DNA of 64,000 nucleotides from an uncultured Gemmatimonadales bacterium (GTDB lineage Bacteria; Gemmatimonadota; Gemmatimonadetes; Gemmatimonadales; GWC2-71-9): NCBI GenBank assembly GCA_963795085.1, contig CAWCFX010000003.1, positions 331,696 to 395,695 of the forward strand, read 5' to 3'. Shown piece by piece: positions 56,581 to 64,000 of this stretch (position 1 is its first letter; each line of letters starts with the position of its first letter). The notes under the pieces were generated by a model. It saw only the letters and a program-made list of their open reading frames with translations, ran no database searches and was not told where the DNA came from. The position numbers and the translations under genes were made by a program.

Positions 56581-58229
56581 TAGGACTCGTTCCATCCCCA
56601 GCATTTCAGGTTTCCTCCGCCCCGTTCGAGTCCACAATTGTATAGATATCCGGCGACGACATGCGAGTAATTGCCGCCCAGCACGGGGTGGGGAGCCGCT
56701 GTACTGACAAGCGTGCCCATCACCAAGTCCGCCGTAGACATTGGCTCCGCACAATACGCGACCTGCGAGGTCGATATACCGCAGGTCTGGAAATTCTGAC
56801 TGAGATACTCTGGAAGGTCACGCCTCCGATCACCTGCCTGGGTGTCGTCGAAGGCAGAGAATCGCCGGTGCAAAGTTGGCGTCCATTGTTTGCCCCCCAA
56901 CACCAGGCTATCTGGAGAGAAGTAATGCCGCAGGTGCTCGCCGTGCCGTTCTTCCAGCGGAGATCTGGCTGAAGCTATGTCCACCCGACACCTCTACTGG
57001 TACCGCGCTGGGTTGGGTGGTCCCGTTGCCAAGCTCACGGTTTATTGGCGCCCCTGTAGGCCGTGCCCGAATTGTAACACCGCAGGTGTACAGGTTACCA
57101 ACCGCCGCTGAGCGAACGTCAGCCCACCGCTCACGGCGCCGGTGTGGTACGGTCTGTGGTCGATCCGTCACCCAGTTGGCCGGCGCCATTCGCGCCCCAG
57201 CAGTACGCCACGCCCGAGGCGAGCCCGCCAGGTGCTGTTCGCTGGTCCCGACTTCGGTGAATTGGAAGCCGGCGGCGATTGGGCGGGAAAAGCGGTTACG
57301 CCTTCGGTCCAGCAGAAGAGCTCACCCTGGAAGGAGAGCCCGCAAATGATGCCACCTGTCGTCAGATGCTGAACGGCTTGACGACAAAACTGCTCCCACC
57401 GCTGGCCATGCCGCTGGTCACGGTGATCGTAGCAGATGAGCTTTAAGTCCGGTCACCTGGCCGTTCGGCTGAACCGTAGCGGTGAGAAGGTCCGACGAAC
57501 TCCAGGTCACCGGCCGGTTCGTCAGGACAACGCCGTTGAAACTCAACAATTGATACGTCAGCGCGATGACTTCACCAACCCAGCCGGTGCCCGTGGAGCA
57601 GCTCGTGGGCGACAGGGGCAGGTGCTATGACGAGGTTTAGCCGTCCGAACAGGCTGCCAATGGTAAAGGTGATCTGGACATTCCCGCCATCGGATTCCTG
57701 GGCCGTCGCCGGTGCCGGTCTGTTTCTCATCGCCCCGGCTGAGCTCCAGAATAAAAGGAAGGTCGCCATGCTGGACGCCCTGGATGTCGCGACCAGTGAT
57801 CGTGTACTGCACCACCTGGTTAGGATCAAGGTCGTATGGACGGAGATAGATGTAGGTGGCCAGCTCGATGACATGGAGCGTGTGAGTGGTAGCTCAGAAG
57901 CAACATGGCTGTGATAATCGCCCGTGCCATGCTCGATCTCCGTGACCAGACCCTGGCTGCTTATCGAAGCATTGTCGGGTCCGTCACTGGACCAGGTAAC
58001 CGGGGCGCTGGCCAGCGTATCTCCGTTGCCGTCGGTGACCACCGCCTGAAGCTGGAGAGTGAGCCCGATGAATATCTTGGTGCTTGCTACCGGCAGAATC
58101 GTGATCTTTGCGGGCAAGGTGGGGTCGACCGGATCAGGACCAGCGCTGTCTCCACCACACCCGGTCATCAGGGCGACGCAGGCCAAGGAGACATTGCCTC
58201 CGAATCAGCTTTGGCTGACGTGAGCGCAT
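56464..58229 (-). pseudogene. decayed copy of the Big_2/RCC1 lipoprotein gene
   Basis: ORF 57572..58186(-) begins ...LMTGCGGDSAGPDPVDPTLPAKITILPVASTKIFIGLTLQLQAVVTDGNGDTLASAPVTWSSDGPDNASISSQGLV, identical to 54646..56580, then loses frame. ORF 56547..56984(-) carries FQTCGISTSQVAYC...LGGNYSHVVAGYLYNCGL. Confidence 0.75.
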
Positions 58230-58549
58230 GGCGTAGAAGGGTTGCGAGGGAGCGATCAATATGCGCACCCGAATGGTCCTCCGCCGCACCGCCCTTGCCT
58301 ATTGTACCACTGCGCCTCCCTTCATCACCCAGGTCGCCGTTCCAGTCATCCGGATATCCTGCAGCGGATTGCATTCTGGGCCTGTGCAGGGAGGTCACGC
58401 TTCAGCGTATTCACACTGTCGCGGAGCTGTCAGAATTATCTCTGCGCGGAACCCGGTCATGGCCCCTCCGGTTCCGGGGGCGCTAACGTACCAACCCCTT
58501 GGCATCATTACTTCCGGAGTTGGAAGTGGGTTTAGCAATTCGAGCCAAT

Positions 58550-59500
58550 TACTCTACTGGGTGCCCGCGACGGCTTGGAGTATGCCGATTGCCCCCCTCA
58601 GGGAACACGGCGGACACACCGATAAAGAACCCGCTCTGGTTGCGACGCTGCAGGTTGGACAGCGCGTTGGGATCGGTCACTTTCGCGCATCATTCAGGCG
58701 CAGTCCACTCGGCAGCGCATTGAGCCTGCCGAGCACAGTATCCGGAGTTGAGAAAGACCCGCGATGGATCTGGTAGGCCAAGCCGGCGTAGTAGTGGGTC
58801 TCCCGAAAGTGTCCAGCCCAATGCCATGGCCAGCCCGAGCTTGGAGGCCGCCCAAGCGGTCCCAGGTCTACTGCTGCGATCGTGAAGAAAGTGCCGATCA
58901 TGCCGCGGATCCGTCCGAACCCGAAGCGTGTCGTCGTCGGCTTTGCGAACCACGAAAGATGTCGGTTGCGAATCGTGGTGAACGAGATCCCCCCGCTGAA
59001 GGCCCAGGGCTTGTCCTCGGCATCCACCTGGATGACCAGGATGGCCGTGTATCGTGTTCCGGCTTGCCGCTTTGCCGGTCGATCGTCACCATGTATCCGC
59101 CATAGCGGAGGTCGTGGGTTATATCGAGATCCATGGAGCCGGTCGGGGCCGTGTTCTTGATTCGTAGAGGGTCGTCCGGCTTCGTCGCGGTGCTAAGCGC
59201 GAGGTTGGTGACCCGCCCACCTGAACGGTGGCGGGATCGGTGGCCTCGATTCGTGCAGTAATGCCCTGGCTGAATCCGCCGGGTAACGACGACATGGCAG
59301 GTCCTGGCCGGTGGCCGGACTGGTCTCGAAGTGCTGTAGCGAAGGGTGTCCTGAGCCACCGCGTAAGGCGCTACAGCTCCACCACATTGCAGCGACAATA
59401 GCGGCGCGCGTGCTCCGAAAGGGTGAACCTCCAGCGTGCAGCCGAAAACAGGGTCCGGCAAGGGGCCGGGGTGCGAAGCGGTGTAAGTGCCACGTGCACG
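58550..59500 (-). pseudogene. decayed copy of the hypothetical gene 53413..54329
   Basis: ORF fragments are 58898..59461(-) (RVTNLALSTATKPDDPLRIKNTAPTGSMDLDITHDLRYGGYMVTIDRQSGKPEHDT) and 58677..59027(-) (DAEDKPWAFSGGISFTTIRN...THYYAGLAYQIHRG). Confidence 0.7.
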
Positions 59501-59683
59501 GTAGCTTCCGAACGTCCCAGCAGGCGGCCCGGTAAAGCCCTGACAGCTCGGTGAAAGAGCTTCAGGTGCGGATTGCGGGGCCCCTGCCTGCAGGCGGTGC
59601 CGAGATCCTTTGCGATTTCTCGTTCTTTCGGCACGCTATTGCTAAGGGGGGGACGAAAGCGACCTGAACGCGGAGGGGCTCCG

Positions 59684-60305
59684 ATGCGAAGAAACCTGTG
59701 TCTCGTATTGATCGGGGTCTTGTGTGCTGCGCCTTCCATCAGCGCGCGGCGCGGCCTATTGGCGGCACACCACCGATCCCCTTCCCTCTCGCCTGTGGAC
59801 CCTCCATGCAACACCTAGAATGGCAATGGGGCAACGGCCTTGCGAGAAAGGAATCACCGCTACGCGCGCTTGAGCGATGGCCCACCATCAAGGTGAAGTG
59901 CTAGAGCGACTCCAGGGCACAACCGAGATGCCAAGGAGTTGCTGGTGCGTGCCAGGCCCATGGAGCTGACTTTCTGGCCTACCTGGCCCTCATCGCGACC
60001 CAGGTTCGTGCGACAATGCCGCATCTAGGGGCGCTATCTCGCCGGCATTTATGCCAGGAGTCGTGCTCGAATCATTCAACTCCATCCAAAAAGAACGGCC
60101 AGGTTCAGCGAGATAAGCCGACCCGGTCAGTTCAGGATCACGAAATAATGGGGCTGTTTGTCGAGCTTCTGGTGACCCACCGGGGCGCCCACACTCCCGG
60201 CGTTCTGGTCCGGGCTGACCCGCAAGTCCCGACCATCTTCCGGGGCGCCTTTCCGCGCTGATCTGTGGCTTTCTTCCCGCAGCCGTCCAGGCGTCAATCA
60301 CATAG
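59684..60305 (+). pseudogene. decayed copy of the hypothetical gene 52504..53133
   Basis: ORF 59573..59818(+) contains MRRNLCLVLIGVLCAAPSISA and then goes off-frame. ORF 60016..60261(+) contains HEIMGLFVELLVTHRGAHTPGVLVRADPQVPT. Confidence 0.7.
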
Positions 60306-60452
60306 GCCGAGGGGGATCGTGGTGCGGGTAGCAGGCAAGCCGGGAGGGCTTCTCGGCGCCCTTCGAGGGCCATAGCGTCCGTCGCGACCAGGCCATTCTC
60401 GACCTGGTCGAGGAAGAGGCCCAAGGTTCACGCGCTTCCAAAAGGGATTGCC

Positions 60453-61491
60453 GTGTTCGAGTGCTCTGATCGGATTGGTCGCCATGCACTCTGGCTCGTG
60501 GTGGGACTGGTCGCATGTCCTGCCGTCCTCCCCGGGGCAGGGCATTGGCCTACCAAGCCGCTTGCGCTGACGGCGAGGTTCGATCGCCGAAGCCTAACGG
60601 GCATCCCGGTGCTGGAGGGCTGGTCGAGTTGCCTTCACCCTTCGGGTGTGCGGCCTGGTGTCGGCGGAGCTCGCCCGGTCGATCCCGTGATGGTGTGCGG
60701 GGCGGACGGCCGGGGCTGTTCGGTTGGACGTCCAGGCGCCGGCCGAGCGGAGCCACATTCTCACCCCTATGCCGGCCTGGGCGGCCCATGGAAAGGCGGA
60801 GATCATCGTGTGTCGCCGCGCCGGCACCAGTTTCTCCTGTGCCGAAACCCTGGCCACACGACCATCACGATCCCGACCTATGCACAGTATACGGTGTCCG
60901 TCGACAACATTCGTGTCAACCACACCCCGGGCGAGAACCACCGATACCGCCTGGCTGAGCCTATGGGAAATGTCTACGGGCCATATTTCCACCCTGGGGG
61001 GCAGCTGCCACCGCGGCGGCAGTCTCACCGAGTGCTCGGGCACGAAGCGATTGGGGGACTATCGGGACGGAACCCACACGGTGGAGAACCACCCAGCTCT
61101 TCGTCGGCCCCATTCCGCGTGCCTCCGGAGCCAGACGAGCACGCTGCCTGTTCGCCTTCGGGTATGGAGCTCCGGATTCGAACTGGTATCGAACTATGGT
61201 GATCTGGACGATGCCTTCTGTGACAAGCGCCGCTCTCGATGCATTTCCCCGGATTCAGCCGTTTGACGTCCTCGATATTACCGGCAGGATGAACGACCAT
61301 TCCTGGCATGGGTGTGACGGCCCAAAGAGGTGCGCGTATCGGGTGTACGGCAACGAACTGATCGCAACACGATCGCGACCAGTAAGTGGCTGCCGGCTAC
61401 GTTCTACTCGGTCAAAGACCAGGTCGGGTGTGGCGCCGGTTCGAGCTACGGGGTGACCGTCAGCATCCGGCGGACGTCCTGGCACCCCTGA
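60453..61491 (+). pseudogene. decayed copy of the hypothetical gene 51297..52355
   Basis: ORF 60453..61202(+) reads MFECSD-RIGRHALWLVVGLVACPAVLPG...GVGGARPVDPVMVCGADGRGCSV with multiple frame changes. The tail ...RRTSWHP* is retained at 61470-61491. Confidence 0.7.
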
Positions 61492-61739
61492 TGTGTCACC
61501 GCGTCCTTCCCCTCGTCAAGTAGATCCATCTTGCACCAGGCGCAGCCCTGAAGACTCTGTTTCCCGAAGGGGCGTAGCCATCATTGGCTCGTCGGCTTCC
61601 GCGCGGGAAGGGCCACCCCGTTTCGGCGCCAGTTTTTCCCGGACCCGCAACGCCCATTGATCCGCGTCGGCCCCCCCTTGCGCAATTCATTTTTCAGTGC
61701 AGGCTATGCAGTGGAAGACCAACGACCCTGGAGGGGGCG

Positions 61740-63070
61740 ATGGCCAAGGCTTATCAGTCTTACTTAGCGTTCATTTCATCGCCTGGCGATAGTTTCCAGC
61801 GGCAGATCGCCGAGGAAGTGGTAAGCTACCAGCAAACGGCTGAGCCATCGCTCAACTGCACGTGCTCCATGGAAGTGGGAACCGGCCGCCAAGCAGGCGG
61901 AGCATAACCTTTCAGGACGAGATCGACAAGCGCATTGATGAATGCCGTTCTTTGTCCTCATCCTGGGTAGGTACGGCAGTAAAGAGCCCGGCCACAAAAA
62001 AGGGAATGTGAGCGCGAAGCAGGGCATTAGCCAAGCATCGGAGTGACCCATCGTTCGGCGTCCTCGCATACTTGGAAGAAGCTGCTGACAATAACCAAGC
62101 CGACAGGAGCGAGATCTCCGGGCATTTCAGAACGCCAGGCGGAAGGGATCGTGTTCCATTCGTTGTCCGACAAGGACTTCAAGGAGCGATTCACCCATGA
62201 TCTCTATGAGGTGGCCATCAAGAAGCGATATGCAATACCCAAAATCGAGAATCTCAGGCGGTTCTGGCAACTGGGCAGCACGGGTCAACGCACCGGTCCG
62301 CGCGTTGAGCATCCGCCGGTCGAACGGTCCAGGGATCATTCCGGGCCGACCAGTTCTGGTTAAGGCGGTTAGCCACCCAAGTCTATTTTGAGGACTAGAG
62401 GCGGTCATAAGGTCACCCAAGCTCTGAGTTTGATCGGTTTCAAGGACTGGCATGTCCACGCGGCTAACAATCCCCCCGGTCGAATTGAGCAATAGTAATC
62501 GGGTGTGGGTGTGTGTTCCGAGGATCAAGCATGCATTGCAGCGGCTGGAGCAACTCCCGGGAACACCTCCGGTTTCCGCTTCGACATGAATGAGGGGAGA
62601 CCGGCCAACCTGGTGTGGAGCCTGGCCGGCAAGGAGATCATGGTCCAGTCGCCGCTGAGCTCGTCTGTCATGCGGCAGCGCAGTTCCATGAATACCGGGG
62701 GTGAATGGCAGCCTGAGTTCGGACGAATTGCCGCCAAGGACTTTGCGATACTCGGCAGGATGACCGATGGGAGCCACCATGAGTCCCAGATAGAAGAGCC
62801 ACTTCGTGACTACTTCTCGTCGGCATCAGAGGCCTGGGAACATGGGGCGCCGGATCGTTTATTGACCGGCGCAGTGGACAGTTAACCCGCTATGGAGACC
62901 ATGAGGATATTCAGTTACTGTTGGAAGTGTGCTATGCGGACAATCGAATAGTCAATGTCATCAATGTGTCTGAGCAACCGCAGGAATATTTTCATCGAGA
63001 AATCAAGGAATCGATTGACCGCTACATAGCCGACAGAGGGCTGACGTTGAAGGGAACCCCTGACTATTGA
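61740..63070 (+). pseudogene. decayed copy of the DUF4062-like gene
   Basis: Fragments are MAKAYQSYLAFISSPGD (in ORF 61584..61907), GIVFHSLSDKDFKERFTHDLYEVAIKKRYAIPKIENLRRFWQLGSTGQRTGPRV (62043..62363) and FRFDMNEGRPANLVWSLAGKEIMVQSPLSS (62505..62885). The tail ...LKGTPDY* is at 63050-63070. Confidence 0.75.
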
Positions 63071-63207
63071 CACCTCGCCTGCCCGAAGCCACCTAAGGGG
63101 AGCAGCGAGGCGCTGGCGAAGAATCCCGGCCCCCGGCTACGCCCTTGTCCCGCGCCTGACCGAGTGCGGGCAGCGGGTCAGTTTCGGCAACCTGCCGGTC
63201 GAGCCGG

Positions 63208-63649
63208 TACCCCAGGGGTAGGTTTCCTGCCGGGTGGCTGGGGTTGCCACGTGACTCGCCGGCATCGAGACTGAGTGGCCCGGCCCCGGCGGCGGCGAAG
63301 AGGAGCCACGGTAGAGCGGCCCGGCCCATCTCCCCTCGGTTGTCCCACCACCACGTCTCGCCGGATCCGGTCCGTGCATCCAGAAATACGCGACCGCCAT
63401 CTCGCCCGAAGCAATATGGACACGACGGGGCCGGTGAACAGGCTGAGCACGAGGGCAGCGCCGCCCTAGGGCTTCGATGAGGCCGGCGGCGCGGTAACGA
63501 GCTCGTCAGCTCCACCGTCCCTCCATCAGGTCCCACGCCGCCGAACCAGCCGAACATTTTCTGCGCCCCGTGGCTGAAGAAGGCCAGCCCGCGGCAATGC
63601 GAACGGGCTAGGCGGCGCCGGCCAGGTTTCGGGTGTTCGCGTGAACCAT
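63208..63649 (-). pseudogene. decayed copy of the DoxX gene
   Basis: ORF 63608..63934(-) ends in MVHANTRNLAGAA. ORF 63093..63836(-) contains GLAFFSHGAQKMFGWFGGVGPDGGTVEL followed by frame loss. Confidence 0.7.
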
Positions 63650-64000
63650 GGTATTCTCTTCCTGGGTGCGGGGCAGGGGTCGCCTTTTTTTCCGGCGCCT
63701 TGACGCCCGTAACGCAAAGTGACCCCGGGGCGGGAAACGATTCCAGCGTGTCCCGCTGCCCGGCCATCGCAGTACTCGTCGTGGCGGCGGATCCCAGGGC
63801 CGCGTGGCGCGTGCACGTTGGTTCGATATGGCGCATGCCGGTAACTGGTGATGGCCCAGGCTACGGGGAGTCCGTGGCAGGAAGGATTCCCCGGCACGGG
63901 GTCCCGCTACCATGTATGGCAGGAGAAGTGGCATGGAGTGAAGGCCGCCCGTTCCGGGGGAAGGGAGACAGGAGGTTCCGCATCCCGCCCAGAAATGAGC

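Larger units (their letters stand above)
56464..64000. repeat. right (decayed) arm of the large inverted duplication
   Basis: Reverse-complement copy of 48669-56448, ~240 nt shorter, with dense substitutions and 1-5-nt indels. All six genes are recognisable only as ORF fragments. Confidence 0.9.

Overview
This is a 64-kb high-GC bacterial chromosomal window, roughly 68-70% GC by eye outside one lower-GC island. The gene content includes eukaryote-like Ser/Thr kinases with TPR or PD40 domains, BTAD/SARP-TPR regulators, many secreted hydrolases and FG-GAP/PD40 propellers. That mix suggests a soil Gemmatimonadota-like organism, but this is inference only. I can support about 43 protein-coding genes and found no rRNA, tRNA or CRISPR array. 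The window is unusually rich in non-genic structure. (1) A spacerless ~7.6-kb inverted duplication is centred at ~56,456. Its left arm (48.7-56.4 kb) is intact and carries DoxX, a DUF4062-like protein, three uncharacterised secreted proteins and a Big_2/RCC1 lipoprotein. Its right arm (56.5-64.0 kb) is the same DNA reverse-complemented but broken up by indels. (2) A degenerate tandem array of ~20 units with 22-bp phasing lies at 47.92-48.36 kb and looks iteron-like. (3) A RAYT (IS200-like Y1 transposase) gene is surrounded by clusters of short hairpin REP modules in six intergenic regions. (4) A second dispersed family of long imperfect palindromic intergenic repeats is present. (5) A 252-bp tandem duplication copies the 3' end of a cupin gene. 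(6) At least five apparent frameshifts interrupt otherwise well-formed genes; together with (1) this raises the possibility of long-read indel error or a fold-back artefact. Gene clusters of note are a multicopper oxidase with a cupredoxin lipoprotein; a DUF2182-DUF899-SRPBCC-ArsR-DinB operon with a clear promoter and paired CAAC-N6-GTTG palindromes; and a secreted protease/toxin-like cluster (M43 metzincin, a 7x48-aa FG-GAP repeat protein with an NLP/Vps62-like C-terminal domain, and an HExxH protein). All family assignments come from motif recognition by eye, with no database search.
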